From positions 2,784,001-2,848,000 of the forward strand of contig OY760937.1 of the NCBI GenBank assembly GCA_963664225.1: 64,000 nt of DNA, read 5' to 3'. The notes under the pieces are model-generated. The model saw only the letters and a list, made by a program, of their open reading frames with translations. It had not been told where the DNA came from and searched no databases. Positions 47,601-57,010 of this stretch are shown in pieces (within the stretch, counting starts at the first letter, position 1; each line of letters opens with the position of its first letter). The stretch comes from Verrucomicrobiia bacterium (lineage in GTDB: Bacteria > Verrucomicrobiota > Verrucomicrobiia > Limisphaerales > UBA1319). A program made the translations under genes and the position numbers.

Positions 47601-47780
47601 AGCTTCGGTTTCGTGCCGATGGCTCTGGCGCACGGTGCGGGAGCGGAAGTTCAGCGTCCATTGGCGACCGTCGTCATCGGCGGCATTCTAAGTTCCACTT
47701 TCCTGACCCTCGTGCTGCTGCCGACGCTTTACGAATGGGTCGAGAGAAAACAAGAAACGAAACAACCAAACGAAAGGTAA
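44634..47780 (+). CDS. czcA: CzcA-family heavy-metal RND transporter (operon 3)
   Basis: PIDAVPDITNVQVQINT, DFGLIIDGAVVIVEN, RLRPVLMTALVAS. Confidence 0.94.
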   Translation: MINRILELSLRQRVFVLMATFGLIGVGVWSMLRLPIDAVPDITNVQVQINTEVAALAPEEIEKLVTFPIETEMAGVQNLVELRSISKFGLSQVTLVFEDGTDIYRARQLVNERLQNTLEALPPRVQPRLGPITTGLGEIYHYVVDYKPGATNKPATRYEQLLQLKLIQDWTIKPLLRSVPGVAEISPSGGYEKQIVVQPDPQKMMSAGIGFDELAAVISQNVENAGGGVIQQAGEQISIRGISRVQTTDEIANLPIKFGFAKDPIKVKDVAEVGIGSKVRTGASLENGEETVSGITLMLAGGNSRLIARSVDARIKEIQNKLPEGVEIRTTYDRSDLVNRTISTVKKNLFEGAVLVVVVLLLLLGNVRAALIVAAAIPLAMLFALTGMVQGGVSGNLMSLGAIDFGLIIDGAVVIVENIVRQLAEKQHHLGRRLTREERLHVVLSASKQVGSPMFFGVAIITIVYLPIMALTGVEGKMFHPMALTVMFALGGALVLSLTLMPALCSFILCGDVKEGDNWAIRVAKKIYAPVLHGARRFRWFTLSGAVGLFALSVFVFSRLGAEFVPQLDEGTFLIQMVRTTSIGLDAAIDMQEKTERVLLSDFPEVARTYSRIGTAEVATDPMSVNVADTYVFFSRQEKWRKVNGHTITKPELANLMSEVISRKVPGQAALFLQPIEMRFNELLEGTRADIAVKVFGPDYDILEKGAKEIRDILANIRGAADVDFDALGKAPALEITLNRTNLGKFNFRAAEVNNAIATGLGGKTVGTIVEGNRRFDIVVRMPEASRTKIEGLKYLPVDGRDGSLVTLGQLADFKMGEQVNTINRESGQRRLAIVLNLRGRDVESFVKEAQEKIQQVKLPEGYYVEFGGQFKNLQQARARLMIVVPVALILIFLLLFAAFGSLRQALLIYSGIPLAVTGGVFALALRGLPFSISAGVGFIALSGVAVLNGLVMISYFNQLREEGKGVADSVFEGSLTRLRPVLMTALVASFGFVPMALAHGAGAEVQRPLATVVIGGILSSTFLTLVLLPTLYEWVERKQETKQPNER

Positions 47781-47784
47781 AACG

Positions 47785-48222
47785 ATGAAAACACTAACTC
47801 GCATCATGGCCGTGGCCGCGCTGGTCTTCGGAATCAGCCTCGCTCACGCCGAAAAATTCACTCCCGGACCAAAGGGTGGACGGCTCTTGGAGAACGAAAG
47901 TCCCCGCGCCGAATTCTTCGTCGAAAAAGACAAGACCGTGACCATCACGTTTTACGACAAAGACCTGAAGCCCGTAGCGCCCGGCGAGCAGGTTGTGACG
48001 GCGATTGCCGAAGCGAAAAGCGGCAAGGTAAAAATCGAGTTTGAAAAGAAAGGCGACGTGCTGGTTTCCAAGACGCCCCTGCCCGAAGGCAATGATTACA
48101 ACGTCGTGGTCCAACTCCGATCCAAGCCGGACGCCAAGCCGCAGAATTTTCGCGTCAAGTATAACGCAGCGATCTGCGGTAAGTGCAAGCGCGCAGAATA
48201 CGCGTGCATTTGCGACGAGTAA
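47785..48222 (+). CDS. secreted hypothetical protein with C-terminal Cys cluster
   Basis: Signal peptide, GPKGGRLLE, CGKCKRAEYACIC. Confidence 0.75.
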   Translation: MKTLTRIMAVAALVFGISLAHAEKFTPGPKGGRLLENESPRAEFFVEKDKTVTITFYDKDLKPVAPGEQVVTAIAEAKSGKVKIEFEKKGDVLVSKTPLPEGNDYNVVVQLRSKPDAKPQNFRVKYNAAICGKCKRAEYACICDE

Positions 48223-48258
48223 GACATCGAACCGCCGTCAACCTCGAAACACTTAAAT

Positions 48259-48575
48259 ATGGAGATGATGAGGCAATCCAAAATTCCTAAAGTCGGTACC
48301 GTTGTTGTGTTGATGGCTGCGTTCCTGACAGTGCAGAACGCCGAGGCCTGTTCGCCGCGTGCTCGTGAAGCTACCGCCGTTATCCAAACCATCAATTATG
48401 ACAAGCGTGCCTTGTCGCTTAAATACCCACACGGCAGAGGCCCGCGCGAATGGAGGTTTGTGTCGAGCACCAAACCCAAGGAGGGGGGCGTGTGACAGTT
48501 TACTATCATTCGCCATTCTTCGCAAAGCCGTTCGTGACCAAAGTGGTTTGGGTAGATCGCAACTCAACGTGTAAA
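48259..48575 (+). pseudogene. frameshifted hypothetical gene (paralogue of 33318)
   Basis: Signal-like N-terminus, stops at 48495; YYHSPFFAKPFVTKVVW continues in another frame. Confidence 0.45.
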
Positions 48576-48742
48576 AAACCATGAGCCGTTGGAAGTCACC
48601 GCAAGTTGCCGCCTTGCGCGCAGAACGCGCCGCTAAGGAGGCCGAGCAGGATCGCAAAATGATGCGTAAGAGCCGACTCATGATCATTGGCGTTGCGGTC
48701 CTTTCGATTGGCCTGGTTGTGACAGATTACTTCTGGCTGAAA
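48524..48742 (+). repeat. ~220-bp direct repeat, copy 2
   Basis: Near-identical to 33614-33831. Confidence 0.9.
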
Positions 48743-48967
48743 TCCCGGGCACTAAAACGGCGGGAAGAACATCAGCGAATAGATCATCGACCCGTGCAAA
48801 CCGATGCTCCACCTCGCGTATCCAATCTCAGCAACACCAATTCCGCCCAAGTGCCCTGGGGGCCTTGTCTCACAGGATTCGGGTTCATCTGGGAAGTTTG
48901 TTCCCAGGATGCTAATTCACGTTTTATAAAGTGCTTAGAGGCAGAAGTCCTGAAAGTGCATATTTAA
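48581..48967 (+). CDS. small single-TM hypothetical protein (paralogue of 33670)
   Basis: First ~60 aa nearly identical to 33670 product; divergent C-terminus. Confidence 0.6.
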   Translation: MSRWKSPQVAALRAERAAKEAEQDRKMMRKSRLMIIGVAVLSIGLVVTDYFWLKSRALKRREEHQRIDHRPVQTDAPPRVSNLSNTNSAQVPWGPCLTGFGFIWEVCSQDANSRFIKCLEAEVLKVHI

Positions 48968-49162
48968 GGCAGAACATCAAGTGGACTGTCGCCCCAAAGC
49001 ACTTGGAATAGCCTCGCACAGAGCGGCTTAGCCCTTAGCAAGGTCGGAGCTTTACAGTTACAACCCTTTACGCATGAGCCGCTTTCTTCCGGGCCATTCC
49101 AGGTGTCTGATACACGGTGAACTATGACATCAGGAACAAACTCGCCGGATGAACCCATTTTT

Positions 49163-49409
49163 ATGAAAAACACCATCACAGCAATCAAGCGCGGGGTTAA
49201 AGCCGCGATGGAGGAGACACTCCTCCCGCGTCAGTTTCAGATTAGCGGCAAGCAGGTGGTTTGCTCGCTTTGCGGGAGCGACGGTTTCCAGTGGCATGGA
49301 CATGGCATGGCGGGCACAAGATACAAAGCTTTTCATCGAGGGCTATGCTCTTCAGTGCTGCCAGTGCAGTCATTTGGAGTTCTTTGGGAAAAGTCCAGAA
49401 GAGCTGTGA
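49163..49409 (+). pseudogene. frameshifted zinc-ribbon cassette ORF
   Basis: CSLC in one frame, YALQCCQCSHLEFF in the next; 247 nt; stop just before attC 1. Confidence 0.5.
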
Positions 49410-49416
49410 AAGGAGA

Positions 49417-49542
49417 AACGAACAAAACGATGCACGCGAACCGCCGCCCCGCGTTTTGGTTTCATCACGTGGGATTTTTCAGGTATTGGAATGGCAGCCA
49501 TCGCCCGTTTCCAGTGGCGGTCGCTGATCTTCATCGTTCGGC
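49417..49542 (+). other. integron attC site 1
   Basis: AACGAAC-AAAACGATGCACGCGAACCGCC...GGCGGTCGCTGATCTTCATC-GTTCGGC: R''/L'' and L'/R' boxes in an imperfect palindrome. Confidence 0.7.
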
Positions 49543-49556
49543 CAAGAACACGAGTC

Positions 49557-49961
49557 ATGAATAATCCGAAGCTCTTGAGAATTGTGACAGCCGTTCTTGC
49601 GGTCGCTCTGTGCATCTCGCTGGGCTTTTTGGCTCGGGCGCTATCAGACAATTTCGCCTGGAAGTTGCAGGTCAAGAACCTCGCCCAATATGAAGGGGTG
49701 ACAGTCGCCAGACAGGATTTCCAGGCGGGCAGGCTACGGTTGTTTGTTGTTGCCGGTCGGCGGGAAGTGGATGAGTTTTCTGGCACAAATGACGGTCCTT
49801 TCGATGTCTGGTTTTCGTCGTATTTCCCTGAGATTCCAGCTTATCGGTGTGCAGCAGAGACAAGGGTGGCGGCCTACGACACCAAGATGCGTTTTTGGCA
49901 GCAGCATCCGGAGCGCTTGCCGGGTAACACAAATGCCACTGTGCAGGGGAAAGCGCAATGA
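49557..49961 (+). CDS. gene-cassette hypothetical membrane-anchored protein
   Basis: Promoterless ORF bracketed by two attC-like sites; N-terminal TM. Confidence 0.7.
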   Translation: MNNPKLLRIVTAVLAVALCISLGFLARALSDNFAWKLQVKNLAQYEGVTVARQDFQAGRLRLFVVAGRREVDEFSGTNDGPFDVWFSSYFPEIPAYRCAAETRVAAYDTKMRFWQQHPERLPGNTNATVQGKAQ

Positions 49962-49974
49962 AACACCCCCGGAC

Positions 49975-50073
49975 GAACAACCAGTCGCCGGAGCCAGCCG
50001 TCGTGGGCGCTGGCAGATCCGCTGTCGCGGTTCACGCCGTGACTCGGCAGTGTCTCAGTTTTCTGCGTTGACC
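49975..50073 (+). other. integron attC site 2
   Basis: GAACAAC-CAGTCGCCGGAGCCAGCCG...CGGCAGTGTCTCAGTTTTCTGC-GTTGACC. Confidence 0.7.
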
Positions 50074-50302
50074 ATTGTCCCATCGTGCGTCCAACTTCCT
50101 TCCTTAACTCGTTCGACCCCATCCTCGAATTGAGGTTCCGGGCAATGGATCAGGAATAGAAAACTAGCTTAAAATCGAACGGCTATTCATATGCGTATGC
50201 ACTCCGCCCGAATTCAGAAAGGTGGTCATCAGGCGGGAAGGGAACCTCCGCATTTCGCACAAGGGGCCGGTAATGTTAAGTCGTCGGTTCAGCCGCGGCC
50301 AA

Positions 50303-51097
50303 TCAAGCAGCAATTCGCCCTGCCCATTCTTGCTGGCTTGCGGTGCGATATGGCAACGCCGCTTCCTGTAACAAGAGCGGATCGCTGACCGACTCGCAGT
50401 CGGCATTATCGAACATGGCACCGACTTCACGGCGGATGAACGGCCCCATTTGCGGCCAGGTGATCCGATGCATCCCTACGGCGTTGATGCCTTCGGGAAT
50501 CGCAACCGGATGCGAGTGGGCGATGAACTCACCGCCATCAATCACGTCCGTGACTTTGTGAATGGTCAGCACCAGGTGCTTTCGCCCATCCCGCACCATG
50601 GCAGCGATGGGGTCGGGGCCGGGATACGATGGCCAGATGTCGCCGCTATGGTGGAAGTTGAAGAAACCAAGTTCCGGGTAACCAATGACTGCGGTCGGAA
50701 TCTTTTGGCCGAAGGTCGCCATCAGGCAAAGTTCCGGACGCCATTCTTTGAAGAACATCTCCTGGAACTCCGGCGCTTTCACGCGGCCTGTGAATACCGG
50801 CAGGCCATGCTCTTGCGCGAATCGCGGCACCAACAGTTCATCGTCATGCGTGTGCGGGTATTTCCACAACCGCACATCGGCGTGGGTAAACGTCTGCGTC
50901 GGGTCGTCGGTGGCAACCCCCACGACGACCACTCGGCTGGCAATGGTGCCAAAGAGCAGTTCCCGAAGAACATGGTAGCCGCCCATGAAGCTGCCAAAAA
51001 CCGCGACGCGGGTCTTCGGTTCGAGAGCGGCGGATAGATTGCGGGTGAAGCGGAGTGGGGTGGCTCCGCTCAGGGCGGAATATGGCACGGAATACAT
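50303..51097 (-). CDS. formyltransferase-family protein (N-terminal catalytic domain only)
   Basis: PELCLMATFGQKIP, FNFHHS..WPSYPGPDPI, TIHKVTDVIDGG. Confidence 0.7.
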   Translation of the reverse strand: MYSVPYSALSGATPLRFTRNLSAALEPKTRVAVFGSFMGGYHVLRELLFGTIASRVVVVGVATDDPTQTFTHADVRLWKYPHTHDDELLVPRFAQEHGLPVFTGRVKAPEFQEMFFKEWRPELCLMATFGQKIPTAVIGYPELGFFNFHHSGDIWPSYPGPDPIAAMVRDGRKHLVLTIHKVTDVIDGGEFIAHSHPVAIPEGINAVGMHRITWPQMGPFIRREVGAMFDNADCESVSDPLLLQEAALPYRTASQQEWAGRIAA

Positions 51098-51303
51098 GGC
51101 ACGCGAGCGTTGCTGCGGGCAACCCACTGCGGGAACTAAAAGGATGTGACCCAATCACACCCCCATTCGAGGCACGGTTGATCATTCGCCGTTTTCGAAG
51201 GAGACCCGCAGCCGAAGCCGCGCAATTGCAATGAACACATTACATATCGTTCTAATACGCAATATATGCAAATAGATAGTGGAATGTTTTTATATGTTAG
51301 ATA

Positions 51304-52299
51304 TCACACCGCAAAGCGGGCCTTGTCGAGAGCCTTGAGCGTGCCAGTTTCCTGGAGCAACCGTTCGACGACGGCCACGATGGCTTCGCCGTGTCCATCA
51401 CCCCTGACCTGACAGAAATCATGCCAGTTTTGGTCGGCACTTCGCTTGAGCCGTTCCTGTTCCGCCTTGATGTCACCCATGGCTCCGCCTTCATACAAAG
51501 GCGCTTCCGAGAGCAACCACCGAAATATATTTTCAAGGAATCGAGTGTTCCGGCCATGGTGCAGCAGGCCAAAGGCCGCGGTTTCAAAAGCGTGCGGTCC
51601 TCCAAAGAGAACATATCGGCCCCGGCCATGCCGTCCGGCGACGGCAATAGGCAACGAATACAACGAAATCTCCCGAAGAGTGCGGTTATAACTCACGCAA
51701 TTTCCCCCGGGCGAATAGACCAGCGCCTGCGCGTCAGCGCCGGGAATCACAGTAAAGGTCGCCATGTGGCGCCAGGTAACGCTGTCAATCCCACTGGCGG
51801 CCCAGGACAGAGGAATCAGCTCGTGCTCGGTTGTAAAGAGGGATTGCAGCGGATGAGTCGTGCGCACCCGCTTTAGATCGATAATCGCGTCATCGTTGAG
51901 CAGGCAGCCCAGAGGCGCGAACAGTTGCCCCAGGTTGGTCTGGGTGAATGAATCCCCGAAACGGTAGGCGAAGGCCAGCAGACGGCCACCCTGGCGGAGA
52001 CACTCCAGAATTCGGCAAATTTCATCGGAAGTGAGCAATGACGCGGGGTCCTGCCGCCAGCATTCGCCGTCCGGGTCGTATTTGCCGGTCGGTGGTGGGA
52101 TAACCAGCAGGCGGGCGCGGGAGAGGTCCATCGGTTTGTGATTCTGGCTGGTGCAAATCCCGCCCAGGCGCTCGAACAGTGCGGTCATGCCAGCGAAGTT
52201 GGTGTGCCGTTGGCGCGAGGTGAAGCCCGTCTGGTCCCAATGCGCTTGGCCATGGGTTTCATCAAACAGGATTGGGATCAGCGAAGCGTCGGCTGGCAT
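51304..52299 (-). CDS. hypothetical protein with class I glutamine amidotransferase-like fold
   Basis: ILFDETHGQ, LLVIPPP, LRQGGRLL, GRGRYVLFGG, NTRFLENIFRWL. Confidence 0.6.
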   Translation of the reverse strand: MPADASLIPILFDETHGQAHWDQTGFTSRQRHTNFAGMTALFERLGGICTSQNHKPMDLSRARLLVIPPPTGKYDPDGECWRQDPASLLTSDEICRILECLRQGGRLLAFAYRFGDSFTQTNLGQLFAPLGCLLNDDAIIDLKRVRTTHPLQSLFTTEHELIPLSWAASGIDSVTWRHMATFTVIPGADAQALVYSPGGNCVSYNRTLREISLYSLPIAVAGRHGRGRYVLFGGPHAFETAAFGLLHHGRNTRFLENIFRWLLSEAPLYEGGAMGDIKAEQERLKRSADQNWHDFCQVRGDGHGEAIVAVVERLLQETGTLKALDKARFAV

Positions 52300-52410
52300 G
52301 ATCAGGCTCGCGCGAATGGAAACGGTAAAAATGGTGGAGAATTGTTTATAGGCACAATTCTCAAAAGCCTCGAACCTTACAGGAAGAACCTCTTACCGAA
52401 TCAGTCGCGG

Positions 52411-52674
52411 TTACACAGCGGGGGCCGGGGCAGGCTGGGTCTCACTCTCCTGGGTCTGGTTAAAGATCCAGGAATGGGCTTGATCCGCTACCTTGGCCAC
52501 CTGCAACAGGTCATCGCGACCGAAGCTGTCGGTGGATTGCCACTGATCACCGTCCTTGTAGAGGCGGCAAAAGGTGACGTTGAAACGAACTCCGTTTTCG
52601 GTTTCATTTCTCCATACTGCCGCCTTGATAGCGCCCAAGCGCACTTCGTGGACGGGTTTTGTCTTGGTTTTCAT
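52411..52674 (-). CDS. small mobile-element protein, possibly ssDNA-binding
   Basis: KPVHEVRLGAIKAAVWRNE...VTFCRLYKDGDQWQSTDSFGRDDL; type common on plasmids/phages. Confidence 0.65.
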   Translation of the reverse strand: MKTKTKPVHEVRLGAIKAAVWRNETENGVRFNVTFCRLYKDGDQWQSTDSFGRDDLLQVAKVADQAHSWIFNQTQESETQPAPAPAV

Positions 52675-53188
52675 GGCTGATACGTTTGTTGACATGGATT
52701 CCATGTGTTTGTCCTTGCATAATGTGATGCCCGGCCATGGGCATCGGGATGCATTTCGATCCATACCACGTTTGAAAACCCAAAGCAACGGCACCAGCCG
52801 CATTCGGCATCGCCGATGGCTGGCCGTGTGGAGAGGCCTGAATTCATTGACTTTATTCCATGCGGATTTCCGATTCCGGTTGAAAAGAGTTGCCCTGCAG
52901 TATCCTCGTCGGCCTGTTGACTAGCCACAGCGAATTGGGAGATTCTTGAGGGACCAGGATGGTTTTCTTCAGAAAGGGTTGAACAGGTTCACGCGCTCAA
53001 CGATCTGGTCTCTGCCGCCACATGGTCTTCGATTTCCTCTGGGCGTTTGGTCATTTGCAGGCCAACACATCGCAGAGGTTATTTCCACCCGGATCCAAGC
53101 TCGTGCCGCATGGCGCCCGGTTGGAAAGTGGATCCAAAATGCCTGACCGGAATCGATCCGGTCGGCGGCACAGCCGAAAGAACAGCGT

Positions 53189-54031
53189 ATGAACCATGAT
53201 ACAACCAACTTCAAGGCACTGGCCTTGACGGAAGACATGCTCCGCGTTCAGGCCCCAAGCATCTTTGCTTCCGGCCCGATGCTGGGCGTCAGTCGACGCT
53301 ACACGTTCGTGCCCACGGCACGAATCATCACCGGGCTGAAGGATCTCAATTGGGTCCCGGTCCAGGTGGAAGAACAGCGCATTCGCACCGAAGCCCGGCG
53401 CGGGTTCCAGAAGCATCAGCTTCGGTTCCGCCGCGCCGAGCAGATGGAGACGCTGGATGAGTGGAACGTGGAACTCGTCCTGCTCAACTCGCACGATGCG
53501 GGTTGCGCCTACCAGTTGCATGCCGGGATTTATCGCCGGGTGTGCAGCAATGGGCTTGTCCTGTCAGAGGGGAGCTTCGAAACCATCCGATTCCGTCATG
53601 CGGGATTGGAACCCGATGAAGTGATCGGGGCGAGTCTGCGGGTGCTCGACTATATGCCCAAGGTTGGAGAACTGGTCGGGCAATTGCACGCGCGGACACT
53701 GGAAACGAGGGAATCGCTCCTCTTTGCGCGGTCAGCCTTGGCACTTCGGTATCCACAGGTGCAGGAAGCGCCGGTGGATGCGGAAACGCTCCTGAAGGCG
53801 CATCGCCCGGAGGACGAAGGGACCGACTTGTGGCGGACCCTCAATCGCGTACAGCAGAACCTGATCCAGGGAGGCGTATCCGATTGGCACAAGGACCGGC
53901 GCGGGAAGCTCCGCTCCATACGCAGGCTCAGCGGCATTGACTCCAAAGTCAGTGTCAACAAGGGCCTCTGGAGTCTGGCGGAACGCGTGGTCAAAGGGGA
54001 ACCGTTGGAAGTTGAAACGGTCACAACCTAA
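53189..54031 (+). CDS. DUF932-family plasmid leading-region protein
   Basis: APSIFA, SRRYTFVPT, KHQLRFR, LLNSHD, RRVCSNGLV, RPEDEGTDLWRTLNRVQQNLI. Confidence 0.85.
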   Translation: MNHDTTNFKALALTEDMLRVQAPSIFASGPMLGVSRRYTFVPTARIITGLKDLNWVPVQVEEQRIRTEARRGFQKHQLRFRRAEQMETLDEWNVELVLLNSHDAGCAYQLHAGIYRRVCSNGLVLSEGSFETIRFRHAGLEPDEVIGASLRVLDYMPKVGELVGQLHARTLETRESLLFARSALALRYPQVQEAPVDAETLLKAHRPEDEGTDLWRTLNRVQQNLIQGGVSDWHKDRRGKLRSIRRLSGIDSKVSVNKGLWSLAERVVKGEPLEVETVTT

Positions 54032-54345
54032 CCGCGAGGTTATTCTGAAGGTTACACGGCTTTTGAGGATTGTGCCTAACAAACAACCCTCACCCTTTAA
54101 TCTCAGATCGGCTCTGTCCTGTTGTTAAACGCAAACGCCGACTCGTTGGGGCTACTCATCCAGAATCCCGCAGAAAACGGTCGCCATCCGCCCACTGCTC
54201 GCTAACCGCTTCGCGGCGCCCAGGGTATTCTCAGCACCATGCAAACGCGCATTATGTCGAGTTACGGCAGGTCTGCTGGAAAGCTCCTGATGAGCTGCTG
54301 CCGTGCCATTTGCATAGCGCATTCAATCCATGAGATAAATGAATT

Positions 54346-55080
54346 ATGGACCCTGTAATCACCCAGAAATCTCTCGCGACCGAAAAGTGGTTTGTCGAAT
54401 TGCTGGCCGGCAAGGGTTTCGCCAAGTCCTCGGAAAACACATTCACAAACGGAAAGGCTTCAATTCGGGTTGATGGGGCTCATTTCTGTGCCGATGCGGG
54501 TATGGAGAATACCACCTATAAGGCGAATTTCCGCAACGCCAATCGGCAAACCGTTACTTTCATGGTGGACCAAATCTTGAAAATGCATGCGTTTCTTACC
54601 GAGGAGGAATTGGCGCAGGAACGAGCCGAAAAACAAAGCGTGGATCGAGCTCTGGCCGGTATTGCCATTACCATCAAGGATGGACCGGACACCGGCGTCG
54701 GGATGCAACTCCGGCAATTCCTCTGGTCCCTTTACAACATGCACCATGTGGTCAACCTCTGGCGATTGACGGCTGATCTCGATAGCCAGCATGCCGCCTG
54801 GGTCGCGGAAGTCTTCGCCGGTGTGCTTGGCGGATTGGTGAAGGACACGGACCTGAAACGCACTTTGCAGGTTGCCGGAGAAATGGAGCGCTGGGAAAGG
54901 GAACATTCCGGTGAAAAGGTCGCGGTCGCACTTCAGGAAGCAGAGAATATCATTACCGCGTTGACACGAAAGGCTTCCCCCAGCCGGACACATACGGTGT
55001 TGGTCTCTCTGTTGAAACGTATTGCCGAGGCTCAACGGGAACTCCGCGAGGAGGATTCCCAGGTGCCGAAATCTTCATAA
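54346..55080 (+). CDS. hypothetical protein
   Basis: 244-aa ORF with protein-like composition (LRQFLWSLYN). Confidence 0.65.
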   Translation: MDPVITQKSLATEKWFVELLAGKGFAKSSENTFTNGKASIRVDGAHFCADAGMENTTYKANFRNANRQTVTFMVDQILKMHAFLTEEELAQERAEKQSVDRALAGIAITIKDGPDTGVGMQLRQFLWSLYNMHHVVNLWRLTADLDSQHAAWVAEVFAGVLGGLVKDTDLKRTLQVAGEMERWEREHSGEKVAVALQEAENIITALTRKASPSRTHTVLVSLLKRIAEAQRELREEDSQVPKSS

Positions 55081-55283
55081 GCCGTCACTCACTCCACCAA
55101 CATGCCTTTCACCCACCAATCCGATGCGATGGCATTCACTCGTTCTGCAGCCGCACCAACCGGGATCAGGGCGAGGGGAATTTTACCTAAGCCAACGTCC
55201 TGGTTTTGTAGGATTGTTGAGCCTGCTGCCCATGATGTGCAGGCCATGCCAACGCGGTCCCACGCTAACGCTTCAATTCGACA

Positions 55284-55817
55284 ATGATCACCGGCCATCC
55301 AGAGTGTTGTGGCACAAGTCCCCGAAGGGGTGCGGGTAACGAGCCTGGTGCGCTGCGCTTAGGAGTTCATTTTTCCTCACAAACTCCAGAGTGGCCAACC
55401 CCAAAATGGCTATTTGATGCTCTCGACAAAGAGTTTGGCTTCACGCTTGATCCCTGTTCGACGCACACCAATGCAAAGTGCCAAAAACATTACACGCGTG
55501 AAGACAATGGCCTGCTCAAGTCCTGGAGCGATGAGGTTGTTTTCATGAATCCGCCGTATGGCGACGCAATCGCAAGCTGGATGGCCAAGGCCCATGGCGC
55601 GGCAATGCATGAAGGAGCAACGGTGGTTTGCCTCGTCCCGTCGCGCACGGACACGGCCTGGTGGCACCGATTCTCCATGAAGCACGAAATCCGGTTCCTA
55701 CGCGGGCGGCTCAAATTCGGCGACGGAAAAAACTCTGCGCCATTTCCCTCTGCCATTATCGTAATGCGCCCAGCATCTTTTGCTATCCGGGCTCATCCAT
55801 CCCAAAATGACCCATGA
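55284..55817 (+). CDS. phage-type DNA N6-adenine methyltransferase (Dam-like)
   Basis: EWPTPKWLF, FTLDPC, VFMNPPYG, LVPSRTDTAWW, RGRLKF, APFPSA. Confidence 0.88.
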   Translation: MITGHPECCGTSPRRGAGNEPGALRLGVHFSSQTPEWPTPKWLFDALDKEFGFTLDPCSTHTNAKCQKHYTREDNGLLKSWSDEVVFMNPPYGDAIASWMAKAHGAAMHEGATVVCLVPSRTDTAWWHRFSMKHEIRFLRGRLKFGDGKNSAPFPSAIIVMRPASFAIRAHPSQNDP

Positions 55818-55911
55818 GCGCCTCACGCTTACGAACCGCAAAGACCTTATCTCTGCTTGATTCCGGCGCTACAGTTAAAACACTGCTTTATCAAAGCATC
55901 CTAATCTAATC

Positions 55912-56624
55912 ATGCATCTGCAAACGGCGGTCCCACGAGGAAATCCGTTGGACCAGCTGGATTTGGCCGCACTGGGCGTGTCGTCGGCACTCGACGATCA
56001 CTACTTGAAATCCGGATGGCTATCGCGATTGGGACGGGGAGTGTTTAAGTTCCCCAATGACATCTTGCGGGAGCAAGACTGTTTCCGGTTTCTAGCCCGC
56101 CGAATACCCGGCCTTCACATCGGCGGAAAAACGGCTTTGGCTTGGCGCGGTGTCCGCCTCAATCTTCCTGCGCATAAACGCTTATGGTTGTGGGGGATAT
56201 CAAAGCCAGGATGCCCGGGTGGTTCACTCAACGGTTTCGCGCTCAATATACGGCGCTCAATCTGTTTGACTCAACGCTGCCCAAGGATTTCGGAATCCAA
56301 CCCCTACCGGAAACTCCCGGTGGAATTCTGGTGTCAGAATGCGAAAGAGCTGTGATCGAATTGTTGAGTGAAGTTGGAATCCATCAGGGAATCGAGGAAG
56401 CTCCCAACATTCTGGAGGGTGCCCGCTCGCTACGTCCGGATATTTTGGCAACGCTACTCAAGCTTTCCCTGCGAGCGAAAAAAGCCAGACTTTGCGTGCT
56501 TTGGGCTACTAAACTCATGCTACCGTGGGCCGAGGCCGCGCTAAAAGCCACAGGGGAACAGTTCGGCCATAGTCGCTGGACCGCCCGGCTTAAAGACGGA
56601 ACGATCCTGATCCTAACAGTGTAA
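55912..56624 (+). pseudogene. abiEi: AbiEi type IV antitoxin, frameshifted at ~56195
   Basis: YLKSGWLSRLGRGVF, HIGGKTAL, then ERAVIELLSEVG...SLRPDIL in a second frame. Confidence 0.75.
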
Positions 56625-56788
56625 TGGAAATGATCCATATAGAAACAGTTCGGCATCTTCTCGAAGCGATGCCGGTGGTGCTTCAAACGCCAACCTTTGC
56701 CATGAAAGGCGGAATGGCCATCAATCTCTTCGTCGAAGACATGACACGTTTGTCGGTGGATATTGACGTGGTTTTTACCGATCACCAT
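56624..56788 (+). pseudogene. abiEii: AbiEii nucleotidyltransferase toxin, 5' fragment only
   Basis: [27 protein letters not shown], then runs into antisense of xfp. Confidence 0.75.
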
Positions 56789-57007
56789 GGCCCGGTTCAA
56801 ATGCGCATAAATGAAATCCTGTCCCGGCGTCGTGCCCCAGTGTCGGACCACAAGCGGATTCACGTCCGAGAGTTTCAGTGGACGCTTCAGCAGCGGATTG
56901 TCGTAGAGGTAAATCTGGCCGACCGACAGATAGTTGGCAGCGCGCCAATAGGCGTCCATCTTGTGGAGCAATTCAAGAGTGAGAGTTTTTGTTTTCAAAT
57001 CTTTCAT
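56789..57007 (-). pseudogene. xfp: phosphoketolase 5' fragment
   Basis: [24 protein letters not shown]...[17 protein letters not shown]; truncated after ~73 aa. Confidence 0.85.
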
Positions 57008-57010
57008 AAA

